Part shown: positions 1 through 6,606 of the stretch, one piece after another
Layout: each line of letters starts with the position of its first letter
How positions within the stretch are numbered: the stretch's first letter is position 1
Origin: a virus
IMG/VR virus record: IMGVR_UViG_3300020193_000009
Coordinates: 1-64,000 of that record
Direction: 5' to 3' (one strand)
DNA: 64,000 nt
Notes under the pieces: model-generated
What the model was told of the DNA's origin: nothing
The model's database searches: none
What the model saw: the letters and a program-made list of their open reading frames with translations, nothing else
Position numbers and translations under genes: made by a program

Positions 1-30
1 CAAAGGGAGACAAGGTGAAAAAGAGATAAT

Positions 31-86
31 GGGGCGCACACGCTTACCCTCCGAGCGTGTGCGCCCCACCCTTTTTTTGTCTTTTT
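31..86 (+). terminator. Intrinsic terminator of the cassette upstream of the window
   Basis: ggggcgcacacgct/agcgtgtgcgcccc stem followed by a T-rich tract. Confidence 0.85.
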
Positions 87-89
87 GCA

Positions 90-185
90 GGGCGGGCGCT
101 AGGTGCGCATAGCAGCTTGCACGCCCTTTCTCACGATGTATGCCATTACAAGGTTTAGTATGGTTTCTTGGTGTAATGATACGCT
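90..185 (+). promoter_or_regulatory. Cassette element copy 1 (hairpin + GGTTT box + -10 TACGCT)
   Basis: Matches array consensus; -10 at 180-185. Confidence 0.85.
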
Positions 186-234
186 GGTAGTGTCGTTGAG
201 ATTACAACCGAGACACTCACGACAGGAGACAATA

Positions 235-588
235 ATGAATACGCAGGTCATCATCAGGGCTATCCTTACTGCGATGAGCAGTCTGGACAGCAAGCACCCG
301 AATGTCGGCGTGTGGTTGCCAGAAGCGACCATTGCTCGCTTGGGTGAGCGAGATGAGAAGGCAGACAGGCAGATGCTCCAGCAATGGTTCAATCGCATTG
401 TCGCTGTTGCTGGCAATGTGAATGTCGGCTGGGTTCACACCGTTATGTTCGACAATGACGGGATGTGGAATGTGTCGGAGTGCTATCTGGCGTTGGCTGG
501 TCACACACCGACTGTGTTCATCGGCAAGCGTTACGGCGTTGGAACGCAAGTCATTCCAGGGCAACCGATGAGCGAATGGTTGTGGTAG
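235..588 (+). CDS. Hypothetical protein, cassette 1 (117 aa; paralogue of cassette 5)
   Basis: AGGAG RBS before ATG 235; shares VWLP.AT, QQWFNRI..VAG.VNV.WVH and ECYL with 2452-2754. Confidence 0.85.
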   Translation: MNTQVIIRAILTAMSSLDSKHPNVGVWLPEATIARLGERDEKADRQMLQQWFNRIVAVAGNVNVGWVHTVMFDNDGMWNVSECYLALAGHTPTVFIGKRYGVGTQVIPGQPMSEWLW

Positions 589-596
589 GAAGTTTC

Positions 597-643
597 GGGC
601 GAGGGGCGCAAGCCCCTCGCCCACTTTCTTTTATCTTTTTTTT
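597..643 (+). terminator. Intrinsic terminator (GCAA loop)
   Basis: gggcgaggggc-gcaa-gcccctcgccc + T tract. Confidence 0.9.
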
Positions 644-646
644 GCC

Positions 647-741
647 GGGAGGGCGATCGGTGCGCATAGCACCTTGCACGCCCGCACACACGGTGTATGG
701 GTTTCTGGGTTTAGTAAGGTTTCTTGGCATACTGATACGCT
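647..741 (+). promoter_or_regulatory. Cassette element copy 2
   Basis: Consensus match; -10 TACGCT 736-741. Confidence 0.85.
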
Positions 742-790
742 GGTTGATGTCGGGGAAACACCAATAGACACCCCGACAAGGAGACAAGTA

Positions 791-1108
791 ATGAACACGG
801 AAACGAATGGGATAACGGTCGGCAATATGGCGACCATTCTCAGCGAGGTGATACTGGTAATGCTCGGCGGCATTCGCCTAGCGTTCCCAGTCGCAAGGCA
901 ATACGACATCGACAACCTCGGCTGGCTGGATAGTGGAATGCAGAATGCTGACGAGGCAATCAACTACTTCGTTCAGGTCGCAACCCACGAGTTCCGCAAC
1001 GAGGGCGAACCCAACAACTACGAGTTCGCACTTGATGCAATCAAGGAGGAAACGACCAAGTTGGTAAAGTGGTACAGCAACCTCAAACCCAACTACCAAT
1101 CACGATAG
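791..1108 (+). CDS. Hypothetical protein, cassette 2 (105 aa)
   Basis: AAGGAG RBS before ATG 791. Confidence 0.8.
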   Translation: MNTETNGITVGNMATILSEVILVMLGGIRLAFPVARQYDIDNLGWLDSGMQNADEAINYFVQVATHEFRNEGEPNNYEFALDAIKEETTKLVKWYSNLKPNYQSR

Positions 1109-1125
1109 CCCAGACAGACGGGCAA

Positions 1126-1177
1126 GAGACGAGCGCACCGACAAGCGGTGCGCTCGTTTCTTTTTTGTCTTTTTTTT
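1126..1177 (+). terminator. Intrinsic terminator
   Basis: acgagcgcaccg/cggtgcgctcgt stem + T tract. Confidence 0.9.
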
Positions 1178-1180
1178 CGT

Positions 1181-1276
1181 GGGAGGGCATTAGGTGCGCA
1201 TAGCACCTTGCACGCCCACTCACACGGTAGATGTCGTTTCCGGGTTTAGTACGGTTTCTTGGTGTAATGATAGTGT
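1181..1276 (+). promoter_or_regulatory. Cassette element copy 3
   Basis: Consensus match; -10 TAGTGT 1271-1276. Confidence 0.85.
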
Positions 1277-1398
1277 GGTAGGTGTAAGCGGGCAGTCGTG
1301 CGCCCGATACAATCGTCTGCTGGCAGACCAGCGACTCAAGCACGGCTAGTCTGCCACCCAACAACGGCAGTCGTTCGGATAATGACTGCCAGAGAGGA

Positions 1399-1695
1399 AT
1401 GGCAATGTCAGACTACTCAGCCAAGAGTCGGCACATCACTCAGCGTGGTTCACGAGAGCAGGAGTTCATCACCTTCCTGCTTGACCGAGCCTGCCCTGCG
1501 GAGGTGGAACTGGTCACGAACGAATGGCACGAGGACGGTACGGAAGTTGTTCGCAAGACCTTCCTTATCGACCTATGCTGCCAGCGTGTGGAGGTCACTG
1601 CCGAGCGCAACCCTGACAACACTTGGTCACTCATCAAGTGGAATGAATACGCCGTTCTCACCCGATACGAGGACGGGGTGGTAACAGCAGAATGA
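1399..1695 (+). CDS. Hypothetical protein, cassette 3 (98 aa; start may be 1405)
   Basis: GAGAGG RBS; ORF ends just before the terminator. Confidence 0.75.
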   Translation: MAMSDYSAKSRHITQRGSREQEFITFLLDRACPAEVELVTNEWHEDGTEVVRKTFLIDLCCQRVEVTAERNPDNTWSLIKWNEYAVLTRYEDGVVTAE

Positions 1696-1700
1696 GATGT

Positions 1701-1749
1701 GGGAGTCGAGGCGAAAGCCTCGGCTCCCCTCTTTTTTTGTCTTTTTTTT
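1701..1749 (+). terminator. Intrinsic terminator (GAAA loop)
   Basis: gggagtcgaggc-gaaa-gcctcggctccc + T tract. Confidence 0.9.
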
Positions 1750-1752
1750 CGT

Positions 1753-1848
1753 GGGCGGGCGCTAGGTGCGCATAGCAACTTGCACGCCCACTCACACGAT
1801 AGAACGCATTACAAGGTTTAGTACGGTTTCTTGGCATAAAGGTAGCGT
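1753..1848 (+). promoter_or_regulatory. Cassette element copy 4
   Basis: Consensus match; -10 TAGCGT 1843-1848. Confidence 0.85.
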
Positions 1849-1900
1849 GGTGGTGTCGGGAGCAACACCAATAGACACTCCCGATAAGGAGCAATACGCA

Positions 1901-2233
1901 ATGACCATATTCACACTACTCGTGGTGTTGGTTGCCACGACTGCGAGCGCACTCACAATGACGCTCGCATACACAATGACCAAGCGACTAGTTGCGTCGG
2001 AAACGAAACAACTACGCAGGCAACTCCACCAAGCCCAACTGAAACTCCGATACCGAACGGAGCGCCACCAGCGGGATTTGGAGAGCGCTCTAACTATCGC
2101 ACGACACGCAATAAGGGCAAGGGATTATTTCAAGACTTTCGCCCCGTCATCCGCAATGGGTACATTTGACCAAGATGGCAAATACATCCCCAGTGCGGTG
2201 GCTGCGATGAAACGGCGTGAGAACAACCTGTAA
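1901..2233 (+). CDS. Hypothetical membrane-anchored coiled-coil protein, cassette 4 (110 aa)
   Basis: TAAGGAG RBS; hydrophobic N-terminus MTIFTLLVVLVATTASALTM followed by a heptad-like segment. Confidence 0.8.
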   Translation: MTIFTLLVVLVATTASALTMTLAYTMTKRLVASETKQLRRQLHQAQLKLRYRTERHQRDLESALTIARHAIRARDYFKTFAPSSAMGTFDQDGKYIPSAVAAMKRRENNL

Positions 2234-2248
2234 TACCGAAGCCGAGAT

Positions 2249-2302
2249 GCCCCACGCGCTTACCCTCCGAGCGCGTGGGGCGTTTCTCTTTGTCTTTTTT
2301 TT
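2249..2302 (+). terminator. Intrinsic terminator (same taccctccg loop as 31-67)
   Basis: gccccacgcgct/agcgcgtggggc + T tract. Confidence 0.9.
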
Positions 2303-2305
2303 GCC

Positions 2306-2401
2306 GGGAGGGCATTAGGTGCGCATAGCACCTTGCACGCCCGCACACACGGTGTATGCCATTACAAGGTTTAGTACGGTTTCTTGATGTAATGATAGTG
2401 T
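2306..2401 (+). promoter_or_regulatory. Cassette element copy 5
   Basis: Consensus match; -10 TAGTGT 2396-2401. Confidence 0.85.
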
Positions 2402-2451
2402 GTTGGGTGTTGAGGAGATTACAACCTAGACACTCCCAACAGGAGAAAGTA

Positions 2452-2754
2452 ATGGAAACGTTCACCCAAGCGATTACGCAGGCAATGGCAAGCCTGTCTC
2501 CTAGCCACCCAGAAACTGCGGTGTGGTTGCCAATGGCAACCTACACCCAGCGGGGCGAAGGGCTGGATGCGCAGATGTGGTACGACCACTACCAGCAGTG
2601 GTTCAACCGCATTGCGTTCGTCGCAGGGCAGGTCAATGTTCACTGGGTTCACTCGGTGCGTATTGATGAGAACGGCATCTCGCAAGTCTGCGAGTGCTAT
2701 CTCAGCCCGACAGGCTCGGTAGAGCCGATAAGGGTTATCGGCGTTCGTGGTTAG
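2452..2754 (+). CDS. Hypothetical protein, cassette 5 (100 aa; paralogue of cassette 1)
   Basis: AGGAG RBS before ATG 2452; aligns to 235-588. Confidence 0.85.
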   Translation: METFTQAITQAMASLSPSHPETAVWLPMATYTQRGEGLDAQMWYDHYQQWFNRIAFVAGQVNVHWVHSVRIDENGISQVCECYLSPTGSVEPIRVIGVRG

Positions 2755-2806
2755 AACGCCATAACTGCGCCAAGGTTATTAGGCACGGAGTGCCACTTGA
2801 CGCAGG

Positions 2807-2856
2807 AGTTGGGGCGGGTGCGAAAGCACCCGCCCCAACTTTCTTTATCTTTTTTT
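2807..2856 (+). terminator. Intrinsic terminator (GAAA loop)
   Basis: agttggggcgggtgc-gaaa-gcacccgccccaact + T tract. Confidence 0.9.
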
Positions 2857-2859
2857 CGT

Positions 2860-2955
2860 GGGCGGGCGATCAGTGCGCATAGCACCTTGCACGCCCACTC
2901 ACACGGTAGATACGATTACAAGGTTTAGTACGGTTTCTTGATGTAAAGGTAGTGT
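2860..2955 (+). promoter_or_regulatory. Cassette element copy 6
   Basis: Consensus match; -10 TAGTGT 2950-2955. Confidence 0.85.
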
Positions 2956-3006
2956 GGTGGGTATCACCAACGCCTGAACAAGAAGTAGGGCAAGGGGGTA
3001 TCTGTA

Positions 3007-3297
3007 ATGGTAAAATTCAAACGGCGTTATGTAAGTCCGAAAGTTAGGGCTCGCTTCTATCTGAATGCTCGGGAGCGCACCAAAATGCTTGAGGACAATC
3101 GGGGAAACGCATTTATGTGTCGGTTGATATTCCTAGCGTCTATCAATCGGGGTGCTCTGGAGAACTTCCTTCAGAAAGTGCGTGATGAAACTCCTTTCAC
3201 CCCCGAAGTTATTAGACCAAGCGAGCGTGCTCTGACCAAGGGGCGTTCGCCCAAGCGTCAAGGTACAAGCAAGAAGTTTCCGAGACTTGGAGACTAA
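3007..3297 (+). CDS. Basic hypothetical protein, cassette 6 (96 aa)
   Basis: AAGGGGGT RBS; fills the cassette; K/R-rich. Confidence 0.8.
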   Translation: MVKFKRRYVSPKVRARFYLNARERTKMLEDNRGNAFMCRLIFLASINRGALENFLQKVRDETPFTPEVIRPSERALTKGRSPKRQGTSKKFPRLGD

Positions 3298-3303
3298 GAA
3301 AGT

Positions 3304-3340
3304 GGGCGAGACGCGCAAGCGTCTCGCCCCTTTTTCTTGT
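3304..3340 (+). terminator. Intrinsic terminator (GCAA loop)
   Basis: gggcgagacgc-gcaa-gcgtctcgccc + T tract. Confidence 0.9.
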
Positions 3341-3348
3341 CCCGGGGC

Positions 3349-3444
3349 GGGTGGGCGATCGGTGCGCATAGCACCTTGCACGCCCGTTCACACGATAGAC
3401 ACGATTACAAGGTTTAGTACGGTTTCTTGATGTAATGATAGTGT
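3349..3444 (+). promoter_or_regulatory. Cassette element copy 7
   Basis: Consensus match; -10 TAGTGT 3439-3444. Confidence 0.85.
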
Positions 3445-3495
3445 GGGTCTTACCAACAGCAGTCGTTCAGATAACGACTACGGAAATGAGATGAA

Positions 3496-3834
3496 ATGAC
3501 CACAGACAAAATACTCCATACAGTTGAACTTCCACTCAACCCAGACAACCACTATGGAACGGCAAGCACAGCGCTTGACTTGTTTCATCGGGTGAGTATT
3601 GCCCACATAATGGGTGAAGCGTCTGGCGAACTGATTCAGGTATGGCTAGGTACACCGACTAATGCCAAACTGTTCACGCTCGTAGGTACTGCCAAGAAAG
3701 ACGGAAAGATAGTCTTTGTTGGTGAGTGTGCTGACCCCGATTTCCCAAAGGAGGTTGACGGTATTCGCGTCAATAATCTCTTTGCGTTTGAGGCAACACC
3801 GAACACTCGGATAAATGTAAAGACACAGCAATAA
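3496..3834 (+). CDS. Hypothetical protein, cassette 7 (112 aa)
   Basis: Fills the cassette between element and terminator. Confidence 0.8.
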   Translation: MTTDKILHTVELPLNPDNHYGTASTALDLFHRVSIAHIMGEASGELIQVWLGTPTNAKLFTLVGTAKKDGKIVFVGECADPDFPKEVDGIRVNNLFAFEATPNTRINVKTQQ

Positions 3835-3840
3835 GAAAGT

Positions 3841-3887
3841 GGGCGAGAGGCGCAAGCCTCTCGCCCCTTTTCTTTGTCTTTTTTTTT
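3841..3887 (+). terminator. Intrinsic terminator (GCAA loop; stem identical to 4383-4408)
   Basis: gggcgagaggc-gcaa-gcctctcgccc + T tract. Confidence 0.9.
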
Positions 3888-3890
3888 GCA

Positions 3891-3986
3891 GGGTGGGCGA
3901 TCGGTGCGCATAGCAGCTTGCACACCCTTTCACACGATACACGGTGTTTCTAGGTTTAGTACGGTTTCTTGGCATAAAGATAGTGT
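3891..3986 (+). promoter_or_regulatory. Cassette element copy 8
   Basis: Consensus match; -10 TAGTGT 3981-3986. Confidence 0.85.
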
Positions 3987-4037
3987 GCTTACCAACAACA
4001 GCAACCGTTCGGATAACGGTAGCAGAAACGAGATGAA

Positions 4038-4376
4038 ATGAAACACAACAACAACAACAACTTGTATTGGACATTCGGTAGGCTGGGGGAAATCGTTGCG
4101 ACGAATACCGCAGTCACGCTCAACACAGAACATTTCACCCAGCAGGAATGGGGGTGGATAAACGAAGCAACGGATGGTTGGCGGCAGGATGTCGCTATCG
4201 CCTGTTTCGTTCGTTCGTGGTATCGCTTCAATCGACAGATGAGCGAGAACGGACTTCCATGCAAGTGGTGCTCGTTCGTTGAGGATGAGACAACTGAACA
4301 CGGATGGGTGTGGCTGACCTGCAACGACCCAGCACAGTCAATCACGTCAGAGGGTTGCGATTGGGGAAACTGCTAA
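4038..4376 (+). CDS. Trp/Cys-rich acidic hypothetical protein, cassette 8 (112 aa)
   Basis: Fills the cassette; same leader type as cassette 7. Confidence 0.8.
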   Translation: MKHNNNNNLYWTFGRLGEIVATNTAVTLNTEHFTQQEWGWINEATDGWRQDVAIACFVRSWYRFNRQMSENGLPCKWCSFVEDETTEHGWVWLTCNDPAQSITSEGCDWGNC

Positions 4377-4382
4377 GAAATC

Positions 4383-4422
4383 GGGCGAGAGGCGCAAGCC
4401 TCTCGCCCACTTTCTTTGTCTT
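4383..4422 (+). terminator. Intrinsic terminator (GCAA loop)
   Basis: gggcgagaggc-gcaa-gcctctcgccc + T tract. Confidence 0.9.
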
Positions 4423-4427
4423 GCGGC

Positions 4428-4523
4428 GGGTGGGCATTAGGTGCGCATAGCAACTTGCACGCCCGCACACACGATAGACACGATTACAAGGTTTAGTACG
4501 GTTTCTTGGCATAAAGATAGTCT
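4428..4523 (+). promoter_or_regulatory. Cassette element copy 9
   Basis: Consensus match; -10 TAGTCT 4518-4523. Confidence 0.85.
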
Positions 4524-4576
4524 GGTGGGTATCTACAAGCAGTCGTTCGGATAACGACAGCAGAAAAGAGAATGAG

Positions 4577-4885
4577 ATGAAAGAGTACGAAGCAGCAAAG
4601 TCATTTGACCCGATGTTCATCATCACCGTTCAGGGGCTGGTGCGTTCAGCACTTGTCTCGCTCAAGCGTTCACGCAAGGCAGGTGGAGTGCCTATCGTGA
4701 CGTGGCGAGAGACCGTTGGTAATCCCAACATTGAGTTGATGAAAGCAATGCTCACCTACGCAACTCGTGTTGTGGCTGAGGAACTCAACCGTGATGTTGA
4801 GACCTACTTCATCCAAGAAGTCGTGGACAACGCACGACGCTTGGAAATCACGGCAATGGTTCAGCGAACGGAGTGGGACGGATGA
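4577..4885 (+). CDS. Hypothetical protein, cassette 9 (102 aa)
   Basis: Fills the cassette between element and terminator. Confidence 0.8.
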   Translation: MKEYEAAKSFDPMFIITVQGLVRSALVSLKRSRKAGGVPIVTWRETVGNPNIELMKAMLTYATRVVAEELNRDVETYFIQEVVDNARRLEITAMVQRTEWDG

Positions 4886-4892
4886 AAGATTC

Positions 4893-4939
4893 GGGGTGGG
4901 GGCGCAAGCCTCCACCCCACTTCTTTTTTTATCTTTTTT
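4893..4939 (+). terminator. Intrinsic terminator (GCAA loop)
   Basis: ggggtgggggc-gcaa-gcctccacccc + T tract. Confidence 0.9.
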
Positions 4940-4942
4940 GCC

Positions 4943-5038
4943 GGGTGGGCGGTAGGTGCGCATAGCACCTTGCACGCCCGTTCACACGATGAAGCCATAA
5001 TGAAGGTTTAGTACGGTTTCTAGGCATAGTGTTAGCGT
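4943..5038 (+). promoter_or_regulatory. Cassette element copy 10
   Basis: Consensus match; -10 TAGCGT 5033-5038. Confidence 0.85.
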
Positions 5039-5090
5039 GGGGAGTGCCGATGAGATAACAAACCTAGACACTCACGGCAAGGAAAGAACA

Positions 5091-5396
5091 ATGGCAAAGG
5101 TAAACCTGAAGGACATACAAGCAAGGCTCGTGAAGCGTGGGCGTGAAGCCTACGAGAACGAGAGCCTGAGCGCAGAACTGCTTGCGCTCACGCACGACAC
5201 GACTGACGCTTTCATCTTTGATGAAGCGACTTTCGCTGGCGAAGCGAAGGCAGACAACCCCGACTATGTGAACCACAAGAACTTGTGGCGCAACCGTGTC
5301 GGTTCCATTGCTGAGCGCAACGGAATCCCAAAGGATTCGCTGAGCGTTCAATGGACTGTTGATGGCGAGATGGTAGTCTCGTACAAACAGTCGTAG
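5091..5396 (+). CDS. KVNLKDIQ-KRGR family protein A, cassette 10 (101 aa; possibly DNA-binding)
   Basis: AAGGA RBS before ATG 5091; clear paralogue of 5683-5985 and 6268-6549. Confidence 0.85.
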   Translation: MAKVNLKDIQARLVKRGREAYENESLSAELLALTHDTTDAFIFDEATFAGEAKADNPDYVNHKNLWRNRVGSIAERNGIPKDSLSVQWTVDGEMVVSYKQS

Positions 5397-5411
5397 GCAT
5401 ACGCAAGGAAG

Positions 5412-5443
5412 GCGCCCGACCCGAAAGGGTCGGGCGTTTCTTT
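5412..5443 (+). terminator. Intrinsic terminator (GAAA loop)
   Basis: cgcccgaccc-gaaa-gggtcgggcg + tttcttt. Confidence 0.85.
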
Positions 5444-5444
5444 G

Positions 5445-5484
5445 GCTGGGGTTCAAGGTGCTACTCGCACCATTGAACCCCAGC
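5445..5484 (-). repeat. Inverted copy of the cassette hairpin
   Basis: Reverse complement core GTTCAA-T-GGTGC-GAGTA-GCACC-TTGAAC inside a gctggg/cccagc outer stem. Confidence 0.85.
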
Positions 5485-5535
5485 TGGCTCCGGGGTGCTC
5501 TCTAGATCTCTTTAATACATATTCTCAGCTTGTGC

Positions 5536-5631
5536 GGGCGGGCGCTGATGCGTATAGCATCTAGAACGCCCGCCCCATAGGAATAGGTGTTTCACAAGGT
5601 TTAGCACGGTTTCTAGGCATAGTGATAGCGT
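5536..5631 (+). promoter_or_regulatory. Cassette element copy 11 (covariant stem GATGC/GCATC)
   Basis: Diverged consensus; -10 TAGCGT 5626-5631. Confidence 0.8.
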
Positions 5632-5682
5632 GGAGGGTGCGGGGAGCAATACCAACCAAACAACCCGCAAGGAGAAACAACT

Positions 5683-5985
5683 ATGAAAGTAAACCTGAAA
5701 GAAATCCAATCCCGCCTCGTCAAGCGAGGGCGTGAGGCATACGAGAACGCAAATCTCGTAGCCGAACTCCAAGCGCTGGACGCTGGCGACCCAACGGATG
5801 CTTTCCTCTTCGAGGAAGCGACCTACGAGGGTGAGTGCTCGTCAACGAACGAGGACTACACGAACCACAAGAACCTGTGGCGCAACCGTGTGTCGTCGCT
5901 CGCTGGTCGCTACCTCGGGGACGAGGTGGAAATCTCCGTCCAGTGGACGGATAAGGGCGAAATGATAGTCTCGTTCCGCCAGTAA
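5683..5985 (+). CDS. KVNLKDIQ-KRGR family protein B, cassette 11 (100 aa)
   Basis: AAGGAG RBS; paralogy. Confidence 0.9.
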   Translation: MKVNLKEIQSRLVKRGREAYENANLVAELQALDAGDPTDAFLFEEATYEGECSSTNEDYTNHKNLWRNRVSSLAGRYLGDEVEISVQWTDKGEMIVSFRQ

Positions 5986-5999
5986 TACCGCAATAAGGA

Positions 6000-6031
6000 G
6001 CGCCCCGCCGAGCAATCGGCGGGGCGTTTCT
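6000..6031 (+). terminator. Intrinsic terminator (GCAA loop)
   Basis: cgccccgccga-gcaa-tcggcggggcg + tttct. Confidence 0.8.
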
Positions 6032-6034
6032 CGG

Positions 6035-6072
6035 CGGTCGTTCAAGGTGCTATTCGCACCATTGAACGACCG
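6035..6072 (-). repeat. Inverted copy of the cassette hairpin
   Basis: cggtc-GTTCAAGGTGCTATTCGCACCATTGAAC-gaccg. Confidence 0.85.
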
Positions 6073-6122
6073 GCTGTGAGAATGCCTATCTCACTTACTT
6101 TTAATATGCATTTCTATTTATG

Positions 6123-6220
6123 GCGGGGGTTCGATGGAGCGTATAGCTCCTTGAACACCCGCTCTCTAGGCAAGCGCATAAATAGGCGTTTAGTATGTTC
6201 TCAATACACAAAGATACGCT
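6123..6220 (+). promoter_or_regulatory. Cassette element copy 12 (covariant stem GGAGC/GCTCC)
   Basis: GTTCGA-T-GGAGC-GTATA-GCTCC-TTGAAC; GTTTAGTA box; -10 TACGCT 6215-6220. Confidence 0.75.
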
Positions 6221-6267
6221 GGATGTTGTGAACGGGATACCAAACACAAAGAAAGGCAGGTAGCACT

Positions 6268-6549
6268 ATGAAAGTGAACCTGAAAGACATCCAATCCCGA
6301 CTAGTCAAGCGTGGGCGTGACGCATTCCAGGACCCAATCCTGGAAGCCGACCTACTCGCACTTGACCCTGCGAACGAAGATGATGCGTTCATCTACGAAG
6401 CAGGACAAGGCAATCCCGACGACGATAACTTCGTTGCGCACAAGAATAAGGTGCGCAATCGGGTTATCTCAATGGCGAAGACACACTCGCTAGAAGTCAG
6501 CATCCAATGGACTGACTTAGGCGAGTGCGTTGTTAGCCTAGCCAAATAA
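6268..6549 (+). CDS. KVNLKDIQ-KRGR family protein C, cassette 12 (93 aa)
   Basis: Paralogy with the two preceding genes. Confidence 0.9.
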   Translation: MKVNLKDIQSRLVKRGRDAFQDPILEADLLALDPANEDDAFIYEAGQGNPDDDNFVAHKNKVRNRVISMAKTHSLEVSIQWTDLGECVVSLAK

Positions 6550-6574
6550 CCAATGGTATTCCCGTTCACACGGA

Positions 6575-6606
6575 GTGCGTGCGCCGAAAGGCGCACGCAT
6601 TTTCGT
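6575..6606 (+). terminator. Intrinsic terminator (GAAA loop)
   Basis: tgcgtgcgcc-gaaa-ggcgcacgca + ttttcgttt. Confidence 0.85.

Noticed and set aside
102-129. GGTGCGCATA matches 10 of 11 bases of the E. coli dif XerC arm (pdif-module idea)
   Set aside because: No XerD arm (TTATGTTAAAT-like) follows the 6-bp spacer, and covariant copies 11 and 12 lose the match while keeping the hairpin.
2755-2806. Readthrough or frameshift extension of cassette 5 to match the longer paralogue
   Set aside because: No frame gives convincing similarity to the C-terminus of cassette 1.
90-6220. CRISPR array interpretation of the periodic repeats
   Set aside because: The intervening sequences are ~400-500 bp complete genes, the repeats are degenerate, and the Cas4-like gene at 36354 is a stand-alone phage nuclease in the recombination block.
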